From NCBI RefSeq assembly GCF_964355755.1, contig NC_092675.1, forward strand, positions 22,912,912-22,976,911: a DNA stretch of 64,000 bases. The letters run 5' to 3'. A model generated the notes under the pieces. It was not told the origin of the DNA, searched no databases, and saw nothing but the letters and a program-made list of their open reading frames with translations. Source of the DNA: Antedon mediterranea (Eukaryota; Animalia; Echinodermata). Positions 1-12,948 of the stretch are shown in pieces. Each line of letters begins with the position of its first letter. Positions within the stretch are counted from its first letter, which is position 1. Position numbers and translations under genes: made by a program.

Positions 1-153
1 AACGGTACAAAAATACAAAAGGGTCATTTTGGAGAGAAAATAATCAGTCCACCGAAAACTCATAATTTGTTGTGTATACATTGAAACACTATTCATTCAT
101 TAACATTTAAACTGGTTTCTTTCTTTCATTGAAATTTTGTTTTGGTCATAAAG

Positions 154-1364
154 GAGGGCAACAATGTGGCCTACATCGTCGGAGGTGTTTGCGGAGGATG
201 TGTTGTTGTCATCGTGGTATTCGTATTCATCATCAGAAGAAAAGTGACGTATAAAAGTAAGTGGTTTTTACCTAGCCTGACAGACATTTTATTTTTCGAC
301 ACAAAATTAGGTAGTATACTATAAATTACGGTTTGACGGCCTGGAGATAGTGGAGATGTTGCGATTGTACACTAAATTGAACTATAAAGTGCAAGTCATT
401 AATATTTTCTTAAGATTTCAGTGTTACTGTTAAAGATATATTGTCACCATCGCAACAATATAATTGTTTAGAATAGGCCATAATATCACATTATAGTTAT
501 TCAATTGGAAAATAAAATTATTTACTTGAAAATACTGCAATCTAAAGCAACAAACAGTCAAATTGTCTGTCAGACAAATATTTTTATTTAAGCTAACGTT
601 TTACTATTATCAGAGTTTTTATTTCAATTGGTTTGTTAAAAAGACATTTCAAAATTCGATTTCTACTACACACCATATAAGAGCAATATTCAATCATAAT
701 TATAGGAATAACACCAAAGAACTTATAACACAAGAATCTCCTGTTCTTCAATTTGCATTCAAAACACAGTATCGGAAGTACAGGGTTAAAAGGTCAAACT
801 GGGCGACGCCATTTCACAGCATGGAGCAGCGCCCCCTCCAAACTATGAAGTCAATTACTCTACCCCTCTAGAGAGTATTAGCAGATCCCCTCTATGATTT
901 TGACTTTCTAATTTGATGCGGGCGCCCTACTCCTCAGTCAATTACTCTATCCCCCTCCCCCCCTAGAGCATTAGTAGATCCCCTCTATGATTTTGACTTT
1001 CTAATTTGATGCGGGCGCCCTACTCCATGGCTCACAATGGCGCCACCCATAGCTCTATTCTATCCCACAATGCCTTTCGAAATTGTTACGCGCTTCGGAC
1101 GAACAGGAGATTCTTGTGTTATAAGTTCTTTGATAACACGGGATACGATGAAAGTAACTCACTGAAAGTATAGTCATTCTTCATAATGTTTGATACTCAT
1201 TTGTTTCTATAGTTATGAAGACGACCGAAAATACTGACATAGATGAGACTGGGGATTATTTTGAAATCAAGTGGGAAGAAGAAGAGGAAGCTGTGGAAAC
1301 TCCACAAGGCTTTACGAATATTCAACCGTCAAATGAAAACATATATTCAACATCTGAATTTTAA
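154..1364 (+). CDS. Last two coding exons of a single-pass membrane protein (TM helix plus cytoplasmic tail); 5' part lies outside the window
   Basis: Exon 154-256 (ag|...|gtaagt) encodes EGNNVAYIVGGVCGGCVVVIVVFVFIIRRK, a TM segment with a basic stop-transfer motif. A phase-1 join to exon 1213-1364 gives IMKTTENTDIDETGDYFEIKWEEEEEAVETPQGFTNIQPSNENIYSTSEF*. Confidence 0.7.
715..1132. mobile_element. MITE with perfect 32-bp TIRs and 7-bp TSD (P/Galileo-like)
   Basis: CAAAGAACTTATAACACAAGAATCTCCTGTTC at 715-746 with its reverse complement at 1101-1132. ATAACAC is duplicated at 708-714 and 1133-1139. An internal ~87-bp direct repeat spans 849-1026. Confidence 0.85.
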
Positions 1365-1713
1365 AAGAAACTATATTGTTTACATAATTATACTCATTGA
1401 TATGAGTTTTTATGTATTTGGGTTTATTTTAAGTGTCCACCAATTATTAGTGTTCATCATAACATTCCTTTTTAATGATATTCTTTGCCGTTTACTAGTT
1501 TTCACGTAGCTTTTCAAAGATAAAAGAACAAAAGCACGTTATATCTATATATTTATAATAATGTACTTAGCTTTCTTATAATTAGAAGCATGAATTACCG
1601 GTACTTAACAATTTCATTTATATATTTAGGAATAGTCTACCCTACTTCATATACTTTGTTTAATTGAGATTTTAAAAACTTAAGTTATACTAAATATTCG
1701 GCCCTCTGTTTTA

Positions 1714-1845
1714 AGCTCTGTCTACACTCTAACATTAGTTAGTGTGATGTGCCCAAATTACAAATATGGTAGTGATATGACATCTTCATGTCTATATAAT
1801 GGCACATTTTGTTGTCACATACAGTGTGATAGTGTAGACAGAGCT
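1714..1845. mobile_element. Short MITE, PIF/Harbinger-like
   Basis: TIR AGCTCTGTCTACACT / AGTGTAGACAGAGCT with TTA on both sides. Confidence 0.8.
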
Positions 1846-2039
1846 TTACACCTGAAAGTCGTATGGAACTAGCCTATATCTAGAGACAATAAACAACCGC
1901 ATGGTGAATCGATTTTGTTATAAAAGTATATCCTGCGATTTCCAAATGCTACAGTAAAGCGCTTTATTTGACATCCCAAAATATAAAAGTAGAAAGTGTT
2001 TGAAATTTTAATACATCTTTGGATAGCCGAATATTACTT

Positions 2040-2238
2040 GTTACTCAAATTAAGATAGTAATATTGACTTTCTATCATTATATAGACAGTATAATACTTT
2101 AAGATATGATTTCGTTTCATAATAGGCCTTGCACGCTTACTTTTACTCAAATTAGGGTAGTATTAGCTACCATTGATTTAATTTCTATCATTATAAGTAG
2201 CCACTGTATAATACTTTAAGATATGATTTCGTTTCATG
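2040..2238. repeat. Imperfect ~100-bp tandem duplication
   Basis: Two copies of TTACTCAAATTA...TTTCTATCATTATA...GTATAATACTTTAAGATATGATTTCGTTTCAT. Confidence 0.7.
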
Positions 2239-3306
2239 CTATATGCAATCTATATACATATTTTCATTATTTATAAAATGTTTGATACAATAAAAAAAAA
2301 TTGCCTTTAAATAAAACGCTTTAATACTTATATTGTTTATCTGAGCCTTCATTGCTGATTTCCGTGCCATTATGTCACACACATTTAAAATCCATGACCG
2401 TTTATCACCAAGTTTGATAATTAACTGTGTATGCCTGTCACAATGCATAGATTAGATGCTTGAATGCATGTATGCAACATTACGTATTATGAATCTAGTT
2501 CCTATTAATGGAACCAGGTCCTTGGATATGTCCATACTTTTCGTCAAGATACGCATAGAGGAAAGGCATGGTTTACAGAATAATATTGATTACTTTTTCG
2601 ACCCAGTGTCATAATGTAATAACATTCTTACATTATTACATTATGTCAATCTTTCGAGCATAACATTATTTATTATTATAATGTATTATACGGTCGAGGC
2701 GGTTTTAAGAAAAATTAATTATTTGTATACGCCGGTGACATTATCATTAGTATTTATAAACTATAAGATTGAATCTATTTAAGCCGTGTATTATCCCTTT
2801 TTATACTGGCTATCCGGTTTTATAGAAATGAGCGTGACATAATCGATGACGTCACGTATCTGAAATGCTAATGATGGGAGAATTCACTGGAAAGCTAATA
2901 ATCATTACGGAGCTACAATCTATATCTGCTCTATTGCTTTAGCGATGTTGTGTAGCATACATCGGGTCTAGTGAATTCATAACCAGCCATTGCTTATTAT
3001 TTACACAATAGTTTGGTCCGGTCATATCGGTAGGCATACGTACACGTAAGTAGTTCATGTACATTACACGCAAGGAAGGGAGTATAATGCAAACGACTCT
3101 ATTGTATTTTAACGGCGGTCTACATATTCCGCCTTATTGATTTCTATAAGTAACGTTCGGATAATAATGTATTGTGTATTAACGTTATTCTTTGACCATT
3201 TATTATGCAGATTCTTTTCAACAATACATCTGCTTTACCAGGTTAAGCCTGTAAATATTATTGTCGTGTCAGTACTGTCATTGATTGTGGTGTGTGTTTA
3301 TTTAGA

Positions 3307-6300
3307 ATGGCAGACCAGCATGAAAGATCGGGGTTTTCTTCTGCAAAATGGTTTACATTCTGCTTATGCTTGGCATACTTGAGCCATGCTTTCAATATCG
3401 GGAGTTTATTCAGCATCATAACGACAATAGAATTCCGGTTCCAGCTCAAGACATCACAGGTAGGTTCTTACTCCAGTCAAATCAACATCTGTAGGCATAT
3501 ATGCCTGTCCGGTGCGTTTTTTTAGGTATATATTATAGTATGGTCATTATTCATTTCATATTTTATTCGGATTGACTGGACTGTATTTTTTACTTTTTTT
3601 CATTTACCTTTTGATTTATATAAAATATATAAATCAATCAATCAATCATACTGGGCCTATGATTATATTTTGTATTGCATTTAGTTGGGCCTACTATTAT
3701 TATTCATAAAACTAAGACAGAATGTTTGATTTTTATGACTCATGATTACAATAATTGCAAACTCCTCTAATTTTTTTAGGCCTACTGTATCTTAAAACGG
3801 TTATGTAACACATCTCCAATAGCAATATGCGTAAGATGGTGACAAATGCACATTCTGGAATTATGTACGAAATAGTAAAATAAGAACAACTGATGTGTTT
3901 GATTTCATGAATTTAGAAAAAAACAACTGTATGCCTACGTGGGATTATAACGAATGATTAATGTTTAAACCGTAAACGCATTTTGCGTCAGGCTCGTAAA
4001 GCGAGGATTCTCCTCGTGGCAAACATGTTACTAATAGCACATAGGCCTACAATGCGTTGGTAAATATATCAGCATTACCAAAGAGTTCTAATAGTTCACC
4101 TCAAAAGACTTACTAATGTTCACAGTATGATTAACATAGCATACATCAGTAGGCCTACACATTAGTACAAAAAGACATGACTGTCTCTACTGAAACGTCT
4201 ACTAATGAGCGTAGTATTTTAACCGTATGATATGGCATCATGTGTTATTTACATCAATATGCATCGATCTGAGACAAAAATTGTTCATCAACTAAGTTTG
4301 GAGAAAACTCGAATACTGCTCTATCACATAGCCCAGTCAGAAAAAGTTCAGACCTTTTGTTCTTTGGTCTAATAATGTATAGAGACTCTTTACCTTGCAA
4401 ACGTTATTTGTTACTGATTACTTTCAATGATAGTAAAGTCTTTAAATGGCTTCCTTTGATAATTGTTAAAAGTTCTTGTAGACTTTTTCAGCAAGCGTTC
4501 GTATTAGACTGTAATTTTTACTATTTCTGACGAAATGTAAATAATTACCATGCTCACAATATGTTATCAGTTAATAAAGAGTTGTGAGTTATTTTAAAGA
4601 AAACCTTAATAGCAAAATGAAATGGAACAACCGAATCGCTCCAGAATGCAATATATTTGATCCGAGCGCAATCTGCATTCTCTTTCACAATCAGCCTGTA
4701 GCATTTCCAGAAAAAACAGATCTTGCAACATGTCGTTTTCATTCATTTTAATTCCTCTTCACAGTGCCACATAATACCCTTTATTTACCATCTACCATAC
4801 CATGCGATTTATCATGCGATACACATCAGTTTATATAATAGAAATTTGAGACATCAGCAATTGTTAGGATAGCAGAACAAATAATAAAGCTATTTTCTTA
4901 TTCTATTATTGTCCATTTTTCAGGTTTGGTTTTCGGTTACTTGAAACCTACTTCTTGTCGCTATCCTGTGCAGTATCTTTTAGCTCCACTAAACATAATT
5001 TTATAACACATAACCCACTTTGTTTTTTGTTTTGTATTTTATATATGCTTTTTGCATTTCTAAATAAGTAATGAAGGATGTGTGTGTAGGCCTATGTATA
5101 TATTGAATTTATTCATATTTGTATAAAACTCATTAACAGACCATATAATCTCATTAATATTTTATTTCAGGGAAAATAAATAGTAGGCCTATGCACTATC
5201 AAATGAAATTGTTTTTTTGGTATTTCTAAAAAGGTTTTTGATACCACTAACACCTAGAGATATTATTTACGTTTACCAATAGATTAACAAAATAGGCATT
5301 AATAGTTTTACAATATTCACAGGTGGGAATAATAGCTGGCATGTACCAAGCAGGTATTCTGGTAGTATCCGTATTTGTAACATATTTTGGCGGGAAGTCA
5401 AGCAGTCACAAGCCTAGATTGGTGTTTGTCGGGTTGATTATTGCAGCGATAGGAAGCTTCATTACGGTACTATCACACTTTATTGTAGACGAATATGACT
5501 ACAGAGTAAGGGAGGATTCGAACGTATCAACCTGCATTGTGGAACCACTTGCTCTTGATGATGGTTGTACTACAATTGACTCTAACGAACAAGCAGACAA
5601 TAGACTGGCCTACGCATTGGCAATCATTGGTCAGTTTTTTGTTGGAGTCGGTTGGACATTTGTAGCGACACTGGGGTTGGTTTACATTGATGATAATGTT
5701 TCAGAGACAAAATCAGCATTTTACTCTGGTAATGTACCGTGTTATTTTGTGGCTATAAATCAGCATACTATACCCTTGAAATATTAATAACAGAAAGTTA
5801 TCCTTTAGATTTATCACCGTTAAAGCATGGAGGAAATATATCCTTCATGGTAAAAGTATCTATAGAAATCAATATGTTGCTGTAATTTGTTTAATTGTTT
5901 TAATAAGCTTATTTTCTTACTATTATTTTTTGTTCAGGAATTGCAAATAGTATGTATGGACCTGGAACAATTATAGCTTTCCTTGTCGGCGGATTTTTTC
6001 TTATACTCTGGGTAGACGTCGACAGTGTTGATACCTCGACGATTACTATCGATGATACTGATCCACGCTGGGTAGGAGCATGGTGGATAGGTCTTCTAAT
6101 CGGTTCTTTTATGTTCATTGCCTCGTCAATTCCCTTTTTATGTTTCCCAAAGAAGTTACCGATATCTTCGTCTGAACAACATAAAGACAGTAGTAACGTT
6201 CAAAACACAGAGATGACACTAGCCGGTGAAGTTGTGGCTATGAAAGAAAAGGGAAAATGTAAGTTTGTTCCAAATTGACTGAAGATGTATCCATCATCGT

Positions 6301-9300
6301 ATGCTTACATGTGTTATAAACTAACATGTATCGTCTAGGCCTAATTTGAATTCTACTTCAAGAACTTCATGCTGTATCTATCTACTCCTGCTGACATGAT
6401 CATCTTTGCACTACAACTCATGCCCTGCTATTACTTCTACTCATTTGTTTCAGCATTGGGCAAGTCAATATTGGCTGTATGTTCGACACCACCTTTCATA
6501 TTTGTTGCCCTAGCAAATGTTACTATATCTGCACTGACTGCGGCAATTGGTAGCTTTACACCAAAGTTTTTTGAAACCCAATTTGGACTTACTGCAGCCG
6601 ATGCCAGTATTCTGACGGGTTAGTAACGTCGTTTATTAAATAACTACACAAAACCCATGTTTTCCACCGCATCATTATAGAGCATCGCTTTTAAGACAAA
6701 TTCTGTTTTTTGTTTGTATAATACTACAACCAAGCCTAACTATTCTACGAACAACAACTTTTTAGTATTGCTCTCGTTTTGTTTATGGAATGTATAATCA
6801 AACGTGTATATAATTAGTCCTACATTATAAGTTATATAACAAAACAAATTTGATTTCTTAATTAAGGCTTGATACCGTTGCCAGCATATGGTATAGGAAT
6901 AGTCATTGGTGGTTATCTGGTGAAGCGATTCGAATTAAAAGCCCAAGGCATCGCATTGCTGTCTCTCTTGTTAAGTATATGCGCCACGGCATTCGCTTTA
7001 ATAACTATGTTCCTCGGCTGCAGCCCGAATAAACTTATTGGTGTGACTCACGACCTACAACTTAATGAGTAAGTTTTTGTTGTTTATTATGTATTTTAAG
7101 GACTAGATTATTTTCTACATGGTTAAGATAAAGACCATAAACATGGTTAAATCAGGGAGTTGTTATTTTACAACTCCCTGGTTAAATCATAAGCGATACA
7201 CCCTATTTAAACTAAGGAATAGTATAAACTGTTTTCCTGGATCAGCGAGTTTATTGGGATTATTACGAACGGAAATAATATGTCATAATTTAACCAATAC
7301 TAAATTAAGCAGTGATTCTCTCAGTAGACCATAATTATGTAAACTCTTCTTTTTTCAGATTAGATGGAGTTTCATTAACTTGGGAATGTAATGCTAACTG
7401 TAGTTGTACTGAAAACCAATACAAGCCTATCTGCTTAGAAGAACGAAATTATTTTTCTCCCTGTCACGCGGGATGTATTAACGAATACTCGAATATGGTA
7501 AGATTTTGTCAAATATATTTTCTGGAAAATTTACTTTACAGAAATATTATTGGCTGGGATAACTATTGTAGGCCCTATATTTATTATACCCTGAATATGC
7601 AACTCGCACATCATCGTTTCGTCGACTTATGTCATACATCAATGTGTGGTGTACCTAATATAGTTAGCATGCCTACACGTGATCATTAGTACAACGTCTG
7701 ACCTTACAAGGTTTCTGCAAAGCTGCAAAGTTCATTTCTACAATCATGAGTCTAACATTTACTGATCATGGTTTATTTCTTAGACATATAGCAACTGTGG
7801 ATGTGGTTCTTCAAGTCAATCGAATTTAGCCACAGAAGGTTACTGTGACAATGAATGCAATACATTGATTCCTTTCTCGTTCATCCTCTTTCTATTGGTA
7901 ATATCGGTTGCTGCTCAAGAGATGCCACAGCTTATGTTGACTTTTAGGTAAGGATTTTATGATGCAGGTTTTTAAAAGCGTATGTTGAGAGGGTAAATAG
8001 TTTAGTTGACTGTGGGTTATCATACATCTCCGAAAACAGTTAAAGAGCAAACAATTATTCATTCATCTTTTATTTCGGAATGTCTGGTCCATAGAAAGTA
8101 AAATAACATATAAATAAATTCATTTAAAATAAACAAGACTGTATTAACTATACTATTAATCTCAGAATACATTCATTATATAAGACATGTGTACAGCGTC
8201 AGTACCGAAAGTTTGTGTCGGCAAATGCTCATAGATATACGAATACATTTCCAGGTTCAACAATCAATTTATTGCAATTTTCAAACAGGAATTGGTGTCG
8301 CCATTGCAAAACAGTAACAAAACCCACTTAGGGATACCTAAACTGTAGCGCTGCGGAGATGACTAATTGGTTAAACCCTGATCTGGTAGGCTGCCGCAGA
8401 TGACTTAATTCGAATTTCCTCAGTTTCCAGTTCTTTTTTTTTGTCTAGTCCTATACCTTTTTAAACCTTACATAATGATATTTCAACATGTTGATTCTTA
8501 TTATTACCATAGGAGTGTACCAAAAGAACACAAATCCTTGGCACTAGGAATCCGGTACATTTTAATTGGAGGACTTGGTAAGTTGTGTGTAACACGTAGA
8601 ATTTTGTAATAATAATAACAAATAAATTTAATGATTAAATAATAAATTATTTTTCCTTCACCATCATTATAGTCCTTACTTGTATACCATCTGGGGCGGA
8701 TTGCTAAAAGCGGTCTATAACCGGTCTTAGCGCTTAGCCGGCTATAATTCGTGACGTAGCAAGTAGTCTTATATTATAGACCATTGCCATACCGCGGTCT
8801 AACCTGTAAACGGTCTTTAAAATTAAAGCCTACTCGAAGGAGTCTTAAAACAGTCTTAAACCTCTCTTTTTGTTGCTTTTACGTATTATTTATCGTCAAA
8901 GATTACCAATTGAACGAGTTTTAAGTGTTAAATCAAATAATAACGGTGATTTTATTCTTATATAGGCCTAGAATAGATTTTCTCGTGTATAAATGTACGT
9001 ACTGTTATGATTTGTGAATTGAACAAGCGTGACGAACATTACCTTATTTGGTATTCTACGCGCAAAGTACGCCCTCAATTTGTTACTTTACGTGGTCTTA
9101 TTTAAGACTGTTTTATAGCAATGGTCTATCAGGAGTGGCTTTAATAAGACCGTCTATCTGATAAAGCCGGCTTTAATCGGAGAGTTAAGACCATCAGTTA
9201 AGACTGTTTTATAGCAATCCACCCCAGTACAGTTTTTCGTTTTTATTTTTATTAATTGATTTAACATTATGCCTATAATACTATATTTAAATTATAAATA

Positions 9301-10691
9301 TTTGTAAAAAATATCTACTACAAAAAGAAACTCCTGTACTGTTACGTAGGCTCATTGAGACAATGGTACACAAAAAAAGGTTGTTGTATTGGACATGTAG
9401 TGGTTTGCTTAATCACTCAAAACACGACCAATATTTAGAAAATACAGAAGGCAATATGTAGGCAAGCCAAGTGTAGGCATGACCCTTATTAATCATGCAG
9501 GCCTAATACAGATAAAAGAAACAAAAAAAACTGAGGCAATAGCAGAAAGCATGGTAGTTTCCACCAATCCCAACCAATATTAAATTGCAATGTTTATAAT
9601 TATTTTCTTTGATTTGGAAAAATTCATATTTCACTCGGCCTGAGATTTAAAAAATAAAATAGCGTCCTCTATCTGGTGATGTATTGTTTTTTTGGCGCCC
9701 TCTATTTTTATTCACACTTTTAACTGTTTAAATAATGATGATAGTTTGTCTGAACTGAACTTACCTTTATTTTATCTCTATTAAATCAGAGAAACAGTCT
9801 GAATGAGATAAGTATACAGTAAATAAATGAATATATCTTTTTCTCATTCTCACAGATTTCCTCATCTTTATCGTTTCAAATTAATAAATTAAATTTCAGT
9901 ATATCACCGGGCGGTTTAGAATTAATGTTCTTTGCCTGATGTGTTTATATATATAAAAGTATCTCTTCGGAGATCCCGCCTCGTGAATAAAAATACTGAA
10001 AGATGAGGGCGTATCAATTTGATCTCTGGTGCGCGTGCGTACAACTGAAGACTATAGTGCTGTTCCGCCGTACCACGCCGAGAATGTTAAAGAGTCGCTA
10101 TCCAATCGAGTTTGAACAATACCATGAAAGCCCCAGTGGTCTAATGGTTAGGACATCTGCATATCAAGCAGGCGGTCCGAGTTCGAGTCTCGGTTGGGGC
10201 GACTTTTTCTCATTCTCACAGATTTCCTCATCTTTATCGTTTCAAATTAATTAATTAAATTTCAGTATATCACCGGGCGGTTTAGAATTAATGTTCTTTG
10301 CCTGATGTCTTTATATATATATATATAAATAGATATAAAGAACAAATTACAACATATTCAATTCGTATGTTTATTTTTAAATGTCCTTTTTCTTTACAAC
10401 CATAATCTAGGTATTATTCCAGCACCTATTGTTTATGGATCACTGATTGACCTGACGTGTCTATCATGGAACGAGGTCTGCGGTGAGCAAGGAGCGTGTT
10501 GGGTATACGATGTTGAACTATATCGATACTACTACATAGGATTATCGGTGTTTATCCTTGTGCTTGATTGTCTGTTTTGTTTTCTTTGTTGGTTAACAAT
10601 CAAAAGAAACGGCGCAAAGGGTGAAATTGAAGACACTGTTTGTTTGACGCCTAGTGCGGACAACGCAGCATACATTGGCGAGCAAATATGA
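3307..10691 (+). CDS. Organic anion transporting polypeptide (OATP/SLCO family), ~631 aa, 9 coding exons
   Basis: Exons 3307-3459, 5323-5728, 5938-6258, 6454-6618, 6867-7068, 7359-7497, 7784-7947, 8513-8577, 10411-10691 (1896 nt). Motifs: ITTIEFRFQL, TYFGG..HKPR, YIDDNV, the OATP signature DPRWVGAWWIGLL, Kazal-like CNANCSC..YKPIC..YFSPCHAGC, and IPAPIVYGSLIDLTC..W..CG..GACWVYD. Confidence 0.93.
8691..9227. mobile_element. Non-autonomous TIR element (Harbinger-like, CWG ends) in SLCO intron 8
   Basis: Imperfect ~30-bp TIRs: CTGGGGCGGATTGCTAAAAGCGGTCTATAAC and GTTAAGACTGTTTTATAGCAATCCACCCCAG. Internal GGTCTTA/TAAGACC subrepeats. Confidence 0.7.
9837..10327 (+). repeat. 366-bp-period direct repeat (two ~120-bp copies ending in (TA)n) enclosing a tRNA-like gene
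   Basis: CTTTTTCTCATTCTCACAGATTTCC...GCCTGATGT(G/C)TTTATATATA at 9837-9955 and 10203-10327. A degenerate relative sits at ~38037-38120. Confidence 0.85.
10130..10201 (+). tRNA. tRNA-Asp-like gene or pseudogene, anticodon ATC
   Basis: 72-nt cloverleaf: acceptor GCCCCAG/TTGGGGC, D stem GTCT/GGAC, anticodon stem TCTGC/GCAGG with loop ATATCAA, T arm CCGAG-TTCGAGT-CTCGG, G73. A and B boxes are intact, and TTTTT follows 2 nt downstream. Confidence 0.65.
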
Positions 10692-12948
10692 ATTTAAATT
10701 TCTTTATTAGGTCAATGTTTTCTCTACTATGCATATTTTAATGATTTTGATTGTATTATATTGATTGTATATTAATTTTTTTAAATGATTTTATCTTTCT
10801 ATAATATTTAACTATATCTGTCTGTTTAGATTCAGTGATTATTAAAAATTAAATACTACATTTTGACTACACAACTAAACAACAATAATTGAATGCAATA
10901 AACTGCGATATAAAATGTTTTAATAAATGAGAAAATGAAAGCAAATTTAATGATAAATTAATTAAGACCTGTTTTCTTAATTAGTAATAATAGTTTGCAC
11001 CTAAAACTACATGTCGACGATTAAATTATTTCAGTATAAAGCCGTGTGTGTTTATAATGACTGTATGACTAATTGTATATAGCCTTATGTAATTGTTTTT
11101 ATCAATGCTGAAATAAATCAGATATATTTTCATAGATTTAGACAGGCTTCTTTTTTTAATCGGTTCAGTATATTGATGCCAAAAAGGGAAAAACAGAAGA
11201 CACGGAAATAAAATATTTTGTAGTAGGCCTATATGGCACAGTGATATGGTCGGATTTTGATTTAGTTTAGAATGCATGGGAGAATACAGGATCAAAATAC
11301 AGTATTTATGTTATGTGCGAGACAAGTATGAAGTATTAGTCCCTACAAACATTTAATCATGCATAATAGGCCTACTATTAAAAGTAGGGTGTAGTACTAG
11401 GCCTATTGAAATATGGAGTTGCATAGTTATACTTATATTTGAAATCTGTCCACTGAGAATGATAAAGAAAACCACCCAAACGTTATACATATAGTACTAT
11501 AAACTCATAGCCTCACCGTCAACATAAATAGTAGTCATGATTTGGAATAATTTGGTCATAGTGTACCACGCTATCACACTCCACCCATCTTATAAAAATT
11601 ATAACGAAGTAGCTTTGAGTACATTATTTGTAGATATGTTTTGCTTGGTTTGGTTTGGTTCTTGAAAGATAAAGTAGCATAACCTACAAATACAAACAAT
11701 TAATAAGAATAAATATGTAATTTATAAAAAGTTGTTAGAAAATTGTTGGGTTTCCCCTTTTAGAGCAAATGAGTTACTCTCTGTGGGTGATTGAATTAAG
11801 AAAACGATTCACTGGTATGAAAAACGACGGGTGGCAGACAGTGTCTGATGTCACGTTGGGCCGAATATTACTTCACTCGCATGCGTTTCTGCCATGATCC
11901 AATGAGGATGTTGTAAATTAATTCCTCAAAGGTTAAGATATAATGCTGTGTTTTGGAAATTAGAAAATGTAAAAAATGTTGAGGTATAATGTATGTTGAT
12001 CATTATTGGCTTACGAAAACATTACTTGGCCGTGGGGAAGTAACATTATCCATGAAAACTTCCATCAGACAACGATATACTAGTATTACGAGATGATATG
12101 TTCGCTCGTCAAGTTCTTCTAAACGAAGTTATCTTTAACTTTTGGACATAACTGTTCTAGAAAAACAAGGTACAGGAGCTTCCAAGAACATGGTTAGTAG
12201 TAATGTAGGAATGAGTTTAACATCTCGCTCTTCCCGGGTAGAACAGTATTTTAAATTATTTTATTTTGTCTATGTTAGGTTGTAGTTAAGATATCATGGA
12301 ACATATTATTGTTTGCATTCTAGGACACACCGGCCCTATTAGAAGGTACCAGAAGGGAACAGTTACCGAAATGTATTTACTATTAATTGTACAATAAGGT
12401 TTAATAATGTCATGTGTATTCCTTAGAACGCCATTTTATGTAAATTACTATAGGGTCTACTTCGTCTTGTATAGTGAATTGTTATCCCTCTTTCTAAACC
12501 CGAAAGTGCATAGAGTAACTGAATTAAACTAATTAGCAACACCATAGAACAACTTAGAAAGGAACCCAAATCCTCTCACATGTGAAAATGTGTGTTTCAC
12601 GTGTAGTGATTATGATTGGCTAATGAGAACAATGGGTTTTCATTCACAATAACTTCGGCTGGTAAGAATTTCTTTAGATTTTCGATTATTTACCTACTGA
12701 TAATACCCACATAAGGACAGCTCATTCTAACAATCTAGCTTAGGAAAGTATTGAAAAGAGACCAGACAAGAAGATGGTAAATTTTCAATTATTCTTTTTG
12801 TGTCTTTTTCTGTTTTTAGTTTTAAATAACAATACATTCTGTTGATAAGTTATTTAGAGTTGTTATTATTTAACTAACTAACAATACCATAGACTTTTGT
12901 TTAATACCTTGGCCAAGAACAGTCTTCGAAAGAGGTGATACACGAAAG

